NCBI GenBank assembly: GCA_964512655.1
Contig: CAZEJT010000001.1
Coordinates: 564,217 to 628,216, forward strand
Direction of reading: 5' to 3'
Origin: an uncultured Chlorobiaceae bacterium
GTDB lineage: Bacteria; Bacteroidota; Ignavibacteria; UBA10030; SZUA-254
DNA: 64,000 nucleotides
In this document: piece by piece, positions 29,959-38,694 of the stretch
Layout of the letters: every line of letters starts with the position of its first letter
How positions within the stretch are numbered: the first letter of the stretch is position 1
The notes under the pieces: generated by a model
Seen by the model: the letters and a program-made list of their open reading frames with translations, nothing else
Database searches by the model: none
What the model was told of the DNA's origin: nothing
Program-made: the position numbers and the translations under genes

Positions 29959-31080
29959 ATGTCGAAATCGGTCGTTGCCGTGCTGAAGACAAAACCGGAC
30001 TCGATTCTGGAGGATATTGAGCGGCTCATGGGGCTCGCCGGGGTGGGAGAGTCGCTCCGCCGTGGCGCTCCGACGATTCTGAAGGACAATATCTCGTGGC
30101 ACTTTCCGTTTCCCGCAGCAAATACCACACCCTGGCAAATGGAAGGCGCGGTTCTCGCCCTGCGCAACGCGGGGTTTCAAGACCTGGTGTGCGTCCAGAA
30201 CAAGACCGTCGTGACCAACGCCTTTAAAGGCGAAGATCTGAACAACTACGTCCCGATTTTCCGCCGTTACGGCATCCCGGTGCTGTACAACTTCAGGGAG
30301 CGTGATATCCGCTGGGTCGCCTATACCCCGAAGGCGAAGATGCACGTGCTCGACAGGATCTATCCGGAGGGCATCACGATCCCCGAGTATTTTGAGGGGA
30401 AGAACATCGTCCATCTCCCGACTGTGAAGTGCCACATTTACACGACCACGACGGGCGCGATGAAAAACGCCTTCGGCGGCCTCCTGAACACCAAGCGCCA
30501 CTACACCCACAGCTGGATCCACCAAACGCTTGTGGATCTCCTGGCGATCCAGAAGGAAATCCATCCTGGAATCTTCGCGCTGATGGACGGAACGACGGCC
30601 GGGAACGGCCCCGGCCCCCGCACGATGTTTCCGGTCGTGAAAGATTACATCCTCGCGAGCGAGGATCAGGTGGCAATCGATGCTGTCGCGGCCAGGCTCA
30701 TGGGCTTCGACCCAATGAGCATCGAGTACATCAGTCTCGCGCACCGCGACGGCCTCGGGATCGGCGATGTGAGGGACATCGAGATCCGCGGAGCCGACAT
30801 CTCCAACGAGTCCTGGGACTTTTCAGTCGGCGACAACGGGGCAAGCCTCGTGGGCGACATGATGTGGTTCGGCCCCCTGGCGAAATTCCAGAAGCTGTTC
30901 TTCCACACGCCCCTTGTGAACGTGTTCATCTTCGGATCCGAGGCCTATCACGACTACTATCGCTGGCCGCTCAAGGATCGCAGGACCTTCGAGCAATGGA
31001 AACGCGATACGCACTGGGGCCGCCTCTTTCATGACTATGAAACGGGCAAGGTCTGGGAGGGAGCGCCGGCGGTGGCTTGA
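29959..31080 (+). CDS. DUF362 domain protein
   Basis: The region resembles DUF362 architecture (~370 aa). Start re-called to MSKSVVAVLKTKPD directly after the UbiA stop (track ORF starts at 29908, inside the UbiA gene). Confidence 0.55.
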   Translation: MSKSVVAVLKTKPDSILEDIERLMGLAGVGESLRRGAPTILKDNISWHFPFPAANTTPWQMEGAVLALRNAGFQDLVCVQNKTVVTNAFKGEDLNNYVPIFRRYGIPVLYNFRERDIRWVAYTPKAKMHVLDRIYPEGITIPEYFEGKNIVHLPTVKCHIYTTTTGAMKNAFGGLLNTKRHYTHSWIHQTLVDLLAIQKEIHPGIFALMDGTTAGNGPGPRTMFPVVKDYILASEDQVAIDAVAARLMGFDPMSIEYISLAHRDGLGIGDVRDIEIRGADISNESWDFSVGDNGASLVGDMMWFGPLAKFQKLFFHTPLVNVFIFGSEAYHDYYRWPLKDRRTFEQWKRDTHWGRLFHDYETGKVWEGAPAVA

Positions 31081-31973
31081 GCCCCCAGCGCCGCGCCGAG
31101 GCGCTGCTTCTCTCGATCACCGTCATCTGGGGGAGCACGTTTGTCGTCACCAAGTCGCTCGTCGGCCATAACTCGCCTCTCTTCTACACTGCGGCCCGGT
31201 TTCTTCTCTCCTCGCTCATCCTGTTCGTTCTGTTTCCCCGGCGGCTCAGGGCACTTCCACGATCTGCGCTGAAGCGCGGAAGCGTCCTCGGATTCTTCCT
31301 GTTCACGGGGTTTGCCCTTCAGACCGTCGGCATTCAGTACACGTCGGCCTCAAAGTCGGCGTTCTTCACCGGCATGCTCACCGTTCTTACCCCCGTTGTC
31401 CAGTTCTCCGCGGGGCGAGTCTCAGGCCGGGGAGGAAAGCCACTGAAGCTGGGAAACATCCTCGGGGTCGTGCTCGCCGGATTTGGCCTCTATCTCATGA
31501 CTTCGCCTTCGGGAGCGGGCTTTTCGGCGGGGGATGGGATGACGCTCGTGTGCGCGCTGATGTTCGCCTGCTACATCGTCTATCTCGATTCGGCATCCGA
31601 CGAACCGGACAAGGTGCAGTTGACGTTCGTGCAGTTCGTGTTCTGCGGAATCGCCGGCCTTGCCGTAGCGCTCCCGTTCGAATCAACCCGGGTCTCAATC
31701 ACGGCGGAATACGCCCTCTCGCTCCTCTATCTCACGCTCTTCGCGACCGTCCTTGCGATGTGGGTCCAGAACCGCTTCCAGGGAGACACGACGCCTACCC
31801 GGGCCGCGGTGATCTTCGCTATGGAGCCGGTCATCGCCGCGCTCTTCGCCTATGCTGTCCGGGGTGAGATGATCGGAGTCGCAGGCGCATTCGGCGCCGC
31901 AATGATCCTCGCCGGGCTCCTTCTCTCGGAAGGTTCCGATGTCATCCCAGTGCTCGACAGGACAATTGTTTGA
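31077..31973 (+). CDS. EamA/DMT-superfamily transporter (10 TMS)
   Basis: Two EamA repeats with hydrophobic helices (ITVIWGSTFVVTKSL..., FVQFVFCGIAGLAVALPF...). 4-nt overlap with the upstream gene. Confidence 0.75.
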   Translation: MSPQRRAEALLLSITVIWGSTFVVTKSLVGHNSPLFYTAARFLLSSLILFVLFPRRLRALPRSALKRGSVLGFFLFTGFALQTVGIQYTSASKSAFFTGMLTVLTPVVQFSAGRVSGRGGKPLKLGNILGVVLAGFGLYLMTSPSGAGFSAGDGMTLVCALMFACYIVYLDSASDEPDKVQLTFVQFVFCGIAGLAVALPFESTRVSITAEYALSLLYLTLFATVLAMWVQNRFQGDTTPTRAAVIFAMEPVIAALFAYAVRGEMIGVAGAFGAAMILAGLLLSEGSDVIPVLDRTIV

Positions 31974-32018
31974 CTTTAAGGCGTTTTCATCGTATGTTCA
32001 CGGTGCCGTCCGGGTAGA

Positions 32019-32291
32019 ATGATCGCCGGAGCCAACATCATTGTCAGTGGAATGGTTCAGGGCGTCGGGTTTCGATACTTCGTGTACAACCGGGCAGTCC
32101 GGTCAGGCCTCGACGGCTTCGTACGGAATCTGGTGAATGGCAACGTCGAAATCGAAGTCGAAGGGGACCGGTCGCTGATCGAAGATCTCATCAAGGATGT
32201 TTCGATCGGACCGCGTTCGGCTCAGGTCACGGATGTGAAGGTCGGCTGGAAGAACCCTCGCTCTGAGCATCGCGGGTTTGAGATTCTGTAA
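32019..32291 (+). CDS. acyP: acylphosphatase
   Basis: VSGMVQGVGFRYFV and GFVRNLVNGNVEIEVEGD signatures, 90 aa. Confidence 0.85.
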   Translation: MIAGANIIVSGMVQGVGFRYFVYNRAVRSGLDGFVRNLVNGNVEIEVEGDRSLIEDLIKDVSIGPRSAQVTDVKVGWKNPRSEHRGFEIL

Positions 32292-32326
32292 GAGGACCGC
32301 CGCGGGGCACTTTTCGATCGGACTGG

Positions 32327-32818
32327 ATGCGATTCGGTTTCGGGTATGACATTCACCGGCTTGTGGTCAACCGCAAGCTGATCCTCGGCGGCGTCGAAAT
32401 CCCTTTCGTCAAAGGGCTCATGGGACATTCCGACGCCGACGTGCTCTGCCATGCCTTCGCCGACGCTCTCCTCGGGGCGGCAGCCCTGGGCGATATCGGC
32501 AAGCACTTCCCGGACACGGATCCACGCTTCAAGGATATCTCAAGCCTCGTTCTGCTCAAGCACGTCGTAGGGCTCATCCGCGAGAGCAGCCTCGAGATCG
32601 TGAACATCGATGCCACGGTGATCCTCCAGCAGCCCAAGATTGCACCCTACGTCAAGCGCATGCGCGAAAACATCTCCCAGGCGCTTGGGATCCAGCTCGA
32701 TCAGGTTTCCGTCAAAGCCACCACCAACGAGGAGCTGGGATTCCTTGGAGCCGCCGACGGGGCCGCGGCGTATGCCGTAGCGTCGCTGCGCGACAAACAG
32801 CTCGCCCTCGATCTCTGA
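32327..32818 (+). CDS. ispF: 2-C-methyl-D-erythritol 2,4-cyclodiphosphate synthase
   Basis: RFGFGYDIHRL...GHSDADVLCHAFADALLGAAALGDIGKHFPDTD is the IspF metal-binding signature. Confidence 0.95.
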   Translation: MRFGFGYDIHRLVVNRKLILGGVEIPFVKGLMGHSDADVLCHAFADALLGAAALGDIGKHFPDTDPRFKDISSLVLLKHVVGLIRESSLEIVNIDATVILQQPKIAPYVKRMRENISQALGIQLDQVSVKATTNEELGFLGAADGAAAYAVASLRDKQLALDL

Positions 32819-32884
32819 CACCGCGCCCCTTGAGTCATCCTCCCGGGGTCCGTTCTCCGGGATGCTCCGCCGGACTCCACCGCG

Positions 32885-33469
32885 ATGCTTGACGCCCTCT
32901 ACTCCATAGACAAGGGGATCTTTGTCTTCCTCAACGAGACGATCGCCAACCCCTTCTTTGACGCCGTCATGCCTCCCATCACCGACTGGAACAAGCATTG
33001 GGAGGGGATCGCGCTCTTCGCTGCCCTCTGGCTCCTCCTTATCTGGAAGGGGGGAAGGAAGGGGAGAATCGCCGCGCTTCTTCTCATCCCCCTCATCGTC
33101 ATCAGCGATCAGCTCAGCAGCGTTCTCATCAAGGGCATCGTCGCAAGGCCCCGCCCCTGTCATATCATCGGGGGTGCAACCGTCGTGGACCACGTTCATC
33201 TCCCTCCCGGATTCAGCTGCGGCGGCGGCTTTTCATTCCCTTCCTCACACGCTGTGAACAATTTCGCGGCCGCCACGTTCCTCGCGAACGCGTACCGGCG
33301 CTGGTCGTGGGCCCTCTACTCGTATGCCGGAATCATGGGCTTTTCCAGGATCAGCGTCGGAGTTCACTATCCTTCTGACGTGGCGGGAGGGGCCGTCATC
33401 GGATCTGCGGTGGCGCTCGTGGTGGCGTATGCATGGAAATCGGTTGAAGAACGGTATCGACCCCGTTAA
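32885..33469 (+). CDS. PAP2-family lipid phosphatase
   Basis: PAP2 motifs KxxxxxxRP (KGIVARPRP), PSSH (SFPSSHA) and SRxxxxxHxxxD (SRISVGVHYPSD). Confidence 0.8.
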   Translation: MLDALYSIDKGIFVFLNETIANPFFDAVMPPITDWNKHWEGIALFAALWLLLIWKGGRKGRIAALLLIPLIVISDQLSSVLIKGIVARPRPCHIIGGATVVDHVHLPPGFSCGGGFSFPSSHAVNNFAAATFLANAYRRWSWALYSYAGIMGFSRISVGVHYPSDVAGGAVIGSAVALVVAYAWKSVEERYRPR

Positions 33470-35096
33470 CGGGAAGGGTCCGCGGTGGCTGGTGCCGGCC
33501 CTGATCAGCGGGACCCTCCTCGGGATTTCCTTTCCACCCGTACCTACCGGGATTCCCGCCGCCGCCGCGTTCGTTCCGTTGTTCCTCTTTGCGGAGGAGA
33601 TGCCCGGGTACGGCAGGGCCTTCCGGTTCTCCTATATCGCCTTTTTTGTCTTCAACCTGATCACGCTGTACTGGACGGGAGGGTTTACGCACGGGAAGGA
33701 TCCGTATCTGATGGCGGCGGGATCTGCGCTGATCCTCTCGCATCCTCTCTTCTTTTTCCCCCCCATTGCGGTATGGATCGCGGTCGGAAGGAGATTCGGC
33801 GCCACCTACTCAGTCTGTCTTTTCCCCTTCATCTGGGTGGCGTTTGAATATCTTCATTCGCTCACAGAAGTCTCGTTCCCGTGGCTGACGCTCGGCAATA
33901 CACAGACCTACGACCTCACGAGCGTCCAGATCGCCTCGGTCACGGGGGTCTACGGGATTTCATTCTGGCTTCTCTGGTTGAATGTCCTGATCTATTTCTT
34001 CGTTCGGACGATCCGGCTTCCGGATTGGAAACCCCTCCGGCCCCGCTCTCTGATGCTCCTCTGTGCGGTCGTGGTGGTATACCTCCTTCCCAAGATGTAC
34101 GGGATCTTTGCCCTCAGGTCTGCGGACGAGGGAGAGGGCATGCCGGTCAGAGTGGGAATGGTCCAGCCGAATATCGACCCCTTCGAAAAATGGGGGGAGG
34201 GAGCGGAGCGCCAGCTCGCCGTTCTTCAGCGCCTCACCGATAGCGTCGCATCGGAACGCCCCGATCTTATCCTCTGGCCCGAAACGGCGGTTCCATACTA
34301 CATCCTGGACGAGCGGAACAAAAGTTCGTTTGCCGCGATCCGCCGCCAGGTTGACAGCCTGAGGATTCCGCTCCTGAGCGGGATTCCCGATATCACCTAT
34401 TACAGTCAGGGGGAGCCCTCCCCGCGGAGCAGCAAGACGCTCCCTGACGGGAGACGCTACGATAACTATAACAGCTCGATGCTTCTTCTCCCCGGCGAGG
34501 AGCACATCCAGAAATATGCAAAGATGCTTCTGGTGCCGTTTGCAGAGAGGGTCCCGTTTTCGGAGGAACTGAGCTTTCTCAATGCGATGCAGTGGAATTT
34601 CGGCCTCGGAGGGTGGGGAATCGGCAAGGAGAAAACCGTTTTCCGCGTGGACGCGATTCAGGGAGGTTCGGCCCGTGGGTACTCATTTTCCAACTTCATC
34701 TGCTACGAGTCGATCTATCCGGGATTCGTGGCGAGCTTCGTGAGGAACGGGGCGGAGTTTCTCACGGTTATCACGAATGACTCCTGGTGGGGGAATACAT
34801 CGGGAGCGTACCAGCACGCTCAGTTCGCGGTGCTGAGGGCGGTGGAAAACCGCAGATGGGTTGTACAATGCGCCAACGGCGGAATCTCCTGCATCGTCGA
34901 TCCCTGGGGACGCCTCCTCAAACCCACCGGGATGTACACTCGGCAAACGGTAACCGGTACGGTCAGGGCGATGCGCGAGCTGACATTTTATTCGGTGCAC
35001 GGCGACTGGTTTGGGGAGATGTGCCTGGTCTTCGTGACGTTCCATCTTGCCGCAGCTGCGGGCGCCGGCATCTATTCACGCATGAGGAAAACATGA
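33429..35096 (+). CDS. lnt: apolipoprotein N-acyltransferase
   Basis: N-terminal multi-TM domain then C-terminal CN-hydrolase domain (VGMVQPNIDPFEKW, FSNFICYESIYPGF catalytic Cys region). The start is uncertain. I chose the first in-frame ATG (33429) rather than track 33324, which lies deep inside the PAP2 gene. A later TTG/GTG start is possible. Confidence 0.8.
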   Translation: MHGNRLKNGIDPVNGKGPRWLVPALISGTLLGISFPPVPTGIPAAAAFVPLFLFAEEMPGYGRAFRFSYIAFFVFNLITLYWTGGFTHGKDPYLMAAGSALILSHPLFFFPPIAVWIAVGRRFGATYSVCLFPFIWVAFEYLHSLTEVSFPWLTLGNTQTYDLTSVQIASVTGVYGISFWLLWLNVLIYFFVRTIRLPDWKPLRPRSLMLLCAVVVVYLLPKMYGIFALRSADEGEGMPVRVGMVQPNIDPFEKWGEGAERQLAVLQRLTDSVASERPDLILWPETAVPYYILDERNKSSFAAIRRQVDSLRIPLLSGIPDITYYSQGEPSPRSSKTLPDGRRYDNYNSSMLLLPGEEHIQKYAKMLLVPFAERVPFSEELSFLNAMQWNFGLGGWGIGKEKTVFRVDAIQGGSARGYSFSNFICYESIYPGFVASFVRNGAEFLTVITNDSWWGNTSGAYQHAQFAVLRAVENRRWVVQCANGGISCIVDPWGRLLKPTGMYTRQTVTGTVRAMRELTFYSVHGDWFGEMCLVFVTFHLAAAAGAGIYSRMRKT

Positions 35097-35100
35097 GAAC

Positions 35101-36135
35101 ATGAAGACCATCGATCTCAGAAGCGATACCGTAACGAGGCCCTCGCCGAAGATGCTCGAGGCCATGATGGGCGCAGAGACGGGCGACGATGTGTTCGGCG
35201 AGGATCCGACCGTCAACGCGCTTCAGGAAAAGGTGGCACGCCTCCTCGGCAAGGAAGCCGCGCTCTTCGTGCCGAGCGGAACGATGGGAAATGAGATCTC
35301 CATCAAGGCGCACACGAATCCCGGCGACGAGATCATCGTGGACAGGGAATCTCACATCTTTGTCTATGAAACCGCGGGCCCGTCTGTCCTTTCGGGCGTT
35401 CAGATGAATCCCATTCAGGGCGCTCGGGGGATCTTCACGAATGAGCAGATGGAGCGGACGATCCGGCCGAGAGCGTACTACATGCCTCCAACGACGCTCC
35501 TCTGCGTGGAAAACACGCACGGCCGCTCGGGAGGATCGGTCATACCGATAGACGAGCTCAAGAGAATGTACGCGTTCGCGAAGGGCGCGGGGATCGGCCT
35601 CCATCTCGACGGCGCCCGGCTCTGGAATGCCAGCGCTGCGTCGGGAGTATCGCCGAAGGAGTATGCATCGTGCGCCGACTCTGTTTCGGTGTGCTTTTCC
35701 AAGGCGCTGGGGGCCCCTGTGGGCTCCATGGTAGCCGGAGATGAGGCGTTCATCGAGCGGGCGAGAAAATACAGAAAAATCTTCGGCGGAGGAATGCGCC
35801 AGGCGGGGATTCTTGCCGCCGGAGCCCTCTACGCATTAGAGCACAACGTCGGCCGGCTGGGGGAGGATCATGCGAAGGCCCGGCTCCTGGCGGAAGCGCT
35901 CAGCCGCATTAAGGCCCTGCGCGTCGATATGACCGAGGTGCAGACCAATTTCGTCATCGCCGAGACGGAGGGGTCCGGAAAGTCGCAATCCGAAATCCTT
36001 TCGATGCTTGCCGCGCGGGGGGTGCTCATGACCGGAGAACGATACTCCGCGATCAGGGCCGTTACCCACCTCGATGTGTCGATGCAGGATGTCCGGAGGG
36101 CAGCGGAGATCATACAGTCGCTCTTTACGGATTAG
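35101..36135 (+). CDS. ltaE: low-specificity L-threonine aldolase
   Basis: IDLRSDTVTRPSPKMLEAM and PLP-lysine region (SVCFSKALGAPVGS). Fold-type I aminotransferase-like. Confidence 0.85.
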   Translation: MKTIDLRSDTVTRPSPKMLEAMMGAETGDDVFGEDPTVNALQEKVARLLGKEAALFVPSGTMGNEISIKAHTNPGDEIIVDRESHIFVYETAGPSVLSGVQMNPIQGARGIFTNEQMERTIRPRAYYMPPTTLLCVENTHGRSGGSVIPIDELKRMYAFAKGAGIGLHLDGARLWNASAASGVSPKEYASCADSVSVCFSKALGAPVGSMVAGDEAFIERARKYRKIFGGGMRQAGILAAGALYALEHNVGRLGEDHAKARLLAEALSRIKALRVDMTEVQTNFVIAETEGSGKSQSEILSMLAARGVLMTGERYSAIRAVTHLDVSMQDVRRAAEIIQSLFTD

Positions 36136-36143
36136 ACAGCCGC

Positions 36144-36605
36144 ATGGAGCAAGGCAGATTCAAACATATGACCGAGGTTCGCGTCAGGAACTTTGAGGTG
36201 GATTGGCAGGGGATCGTCCATAACGCCGTCTATCTCCAGTATTTCGAGATCGGACGTATCGAATACCTGAAACGCCTGGGAATAAAGATCGACATAGGTT
36301 CCGTGAGGAGCGAAACCCAGGTCGTGCTTGTCCGCAATGATATCCTCTACAAGTCTCCCGCCCGCTTCGATGAACTCCTTAACGTATTTTCTCGCATTTC
36401 ATACATAAAGAACACGAGCTTCGCCTTCGAAGGGTATCTCGAAGAGAGGGGCTCCGGACGCCTGGTCGCCGAAAACACGGCAATCCACGTCTGGCTTCAT
36501 CACCGCACGGGCGAGCCGGTGACCGTCCCCGATTCGTTTCGAAAAGCGGTCCTTCAATTTGAAGGGGGGGATGTTGGATTTCTGGGGCCGACGCTGCTCA
36601 CCTGA
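36144..36605 (+). CDS. hotdog-fold acyl-CoA thioesterase (4HBT/YbgC-like)
   Basis: FEVDWQGIVHNAVYLQYFEIGRIEYL hotdog N-terminal signature. The true start may be the Met at 36168. Confidence 0.75.
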   Translation: MEQGRFKHMTEVRVRNFEVDWQGIVHNAVYLQYFEIGRIEYLKRLGIKIDIGSVRSETQVVLVRNDILYKSPARFDELLNVFSRISYIKNTSFAFEGYLEERGSGRLVAENTAIHVWLHHRTGEPVTVPDSFRKAVLQFEGGDVGFLGPTLLT

Positions 36606-36685
36606 AGGGTGCGCAATCGGAGTGTTGAAAGGGGCATTTGCTATTTAAAAGCGCGAGTGGTATATTACTTCCCTCCTCTGTAGAA

Positions 36686-36711
36686 AGTCCCTCCTGTGGG
36701 ACTTTTTTTGT
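36686..36711 (+). terminator. rho-independent terminator-like hairpin (AAGTCCC-TCCTGT-GGGACTT + T7)
   Basis: Perfect 6-7 bp GC-containing stem directly followed by TTTTTTTG. Lies between the thioesterase stop and the rimP start. Confidence 0.55.
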
Positions 36712-36760
36712 TGATGGGGTGATTAGAGGGCCATTTCCGCCATATTTGTGAAGTTTTCCG

Positions 36761-37213
36761 ATGCGGGTCGAGGAGAGAATTGCTGAGCTCGCAGCTCCGA
36801 TCCTCGCCGGGTGCAACGCCTTCCTCGTCGAGATCGCGGTCCGCGGCGAGCGTGGGTCTCCCGTCGCCGAAGTCTTCATCGACACGGACGACGGAGTCAG
36901 CACGGAGCTCTGCGAGCGAATCAGTAGAGATCTGTCGCGCTCCCTCGACGGGCGCGAATTCTTCCGCGGCCGGTATTATCTCGTCGTCTCCTCGCCCGGG
37001 ATCGATCGCCCGCTGAAATATCCGCGGCAGTACCCCAAAAATGTCGGACGCAGCATGAGCGTGCGCATCAGGCGCGAGGGAACGGTGGAGCATGTCCGGG
37101 GGACTCTTCTTGAGGCAGCCGCGGACGATATCCTGCTGGGGATCAGCAAGGAAGACCAGAGGAGAATCCGGTTTGAAGACATCGCCGAAGCCCGCGTGGA
37201 AGCGGCGTGGTAA
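36761..37213 (+). CDS. rimP: ribosome maturation factor RimP
   Basis: 150 aa with RimP family features (VAEVFIDTDDGVSTELCERISRDLSRSLD). Immediately upstream of nusA. Confidence 0.85.
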   Translation: MRVEERIAELAAPILAGCNAFLVEIAVRGERGSPVAEVFIDTDDGVSTELCERISRDLSRSLDGREFFRGRYYLVVSSPGIDRPLKYPRQYPKNVGRSMSVRIRREGTVEHVRGTLLEAAADDILLGISKEDQRRIRFEDIAEARVEAAW

Positions 37214-37255
37214 GAGCATGCAGGCGGTGACACACGTTTATCATATGGAGCAGAA

Positions 37256-38686
37256 ATGAATTCCGAGATTGTTGAATCCTTCTCCCAGATGGTCCGCGAG
37301 AAGCGGATGGACAAGGATATGCTGGCCGGCATCATCGAAGACGTGTTTGCCATGATGGTGCGGAAGAAGTACGGCCAGGATGCGCGCTTCGATGTCGTGG
37401 TCAATATGGACAAGGGAGACATCGAGATCTACCTGGAAAAGCAGATCGTCGAGCAGGTCACCGATCCAAGCACCCAGATCGACCTCGCAACGGTGAAGCA
37501 GCGATCGGACGAGGCGCTCGGCGTCGGGGACGACTTCGTCGAAGTGGTCGACCTGCAGAGCTTTGGGCGGCGTCTGGTGATCAGCGCCAAGCAAAACCTG
37601 AACCAGCGGATCAAGGAGATCGAGAAGGAGATCATCTACAACGAATACAGCACGACGGTGGGCGAGATCATCGTTGGCGAGATCTACCAGATCCGCAAGG
37701 GAGAGATTCTCGTGATTCACAACCGCAACGAGCTGATACTGCCGAAAAGCGAGCAGATCGGCAGGGAGCGTTACCGGAAAGGAGAGACGCTCAGGGCAAT
37801 CGTCAAGGAGGTCCGCAAGAGCGCTTCCAGCCCCCTCGTCATCATCTCCCGCGCCGATCCCAAGTTCCTCGCGAAGCTCTTCGAGATCGAGATCCCGGAG
37901 ATCTACGACGGCATTATCGAGATCAAGGCGGTGGCGCGCGAGGCGGGCGAGCGGTCGAAGGTTGCCGTCGAATCACACGACGACCGGATCGATGCCGTCG
38001 GCGCCTGCGTCGGGATGAAAGGCGTTCGGATCCACGCCATCGTCCGGGAGCTCAACAACGAGAATATCGACGTGATTAATTACTCCTCGAAACCCGCCGT
38101 ATTCATCCAGCGGGCCCTCTCGCCCGCGAAGCTCAAGAGCGTGGAGGTTGACGAAGCGACAAAAAGCGCCACGGTCCTCGTGGACAAGGATCAGGTCTCT
38201 CTCGCGATCGGCCGGAACGGCCAGAATATCCGCCTCGCATCGAAGCTGACGGGGTTTGAGATTAACCTGATCAAGGAGGGAGGCGAGGAAGAGTATGACA
38301 TGGACCTCGGTGAATTCAGGGAAGAGCTCGGCGAGCCGCTCTATGAACGGCTGGTCGACGAAGGATTCGACAGCGCCCGCAAGGTGATCGAGGCCAGCGT
38401 TGACGACCTCCTCGGCATCGAGGGCCTGACCGCAGAGAAGGTGGAATCGATCAAGAACATGATGCAGCGCGAACTCGAAGAGGCCGATATCGAAGAGGAA
38501 GACGAGGAAGAAGCGGCGGAATCCGCCGCCGTTCCGGCAGGGAGCGAGAACGGCAAAGAGCCCCCGGCCGCGCTCACCGAGGGCGATGAAGAGCCGGAGG
38601 CGCCGCGTTCCGAGGAGGGCGGCGATGAAGATGGAACGCCCAAAGAGGCGCCAACTCAGCCCGACGCAACGGAGACCGGAAACTGA
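37256..38686 (+). CDS. nusA: transcription termination/antitermination factor NusA (with acidic C-terminal extension)
   Basis: NusA N-domain, S1 domain (IVGEIYQIRKGEILV) and two KH domains (GACVGMKGVRIHAIVREL). Glu/Asp-rich tail. Confidence 0.95.
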   Translation: MNSEIVESFSQMVREKRMDKDMLAGIIEDVFAMMVRKKYGQDARFDVVVNMDKGDIEIYLEKQIVEQVTDPSTQIDLATVKQRSDEALGVGDDFVEVVDLQSFGRRLVISAKQNLNQRIKEIEKEIIYNEYSTTVGEIIVGEIYQIRKGEILVIHNRNELILPKSEQIGRERYRKGETLRAIVKEVRKSASSPLVIISRADPKFLAKLFEIEIPEIYDGIIEIKAVAREAGERSKVAVESHDDRIDAVGACVGMKGVRIHAIVRELNNENIDVINYSSKPAVFIQRALSPAKLKSVEVDEATKSATVLVDKDQVSLAIGRNGQNIRLASKLTGFEINLIKEGGEEEYDMDLGEFREELGEPLYERLVDEGFDSARKVIEASVDDLLGIEGLTAEKVESIKNMMQRELEEADIEEEDEEEAAESAAVPAGSENGKEPPAALTEGDEEPEAPRSEEGGDEDGTPKEAPTQPDATETGN

Positions 38687-38694
38687 ACCAGCGT

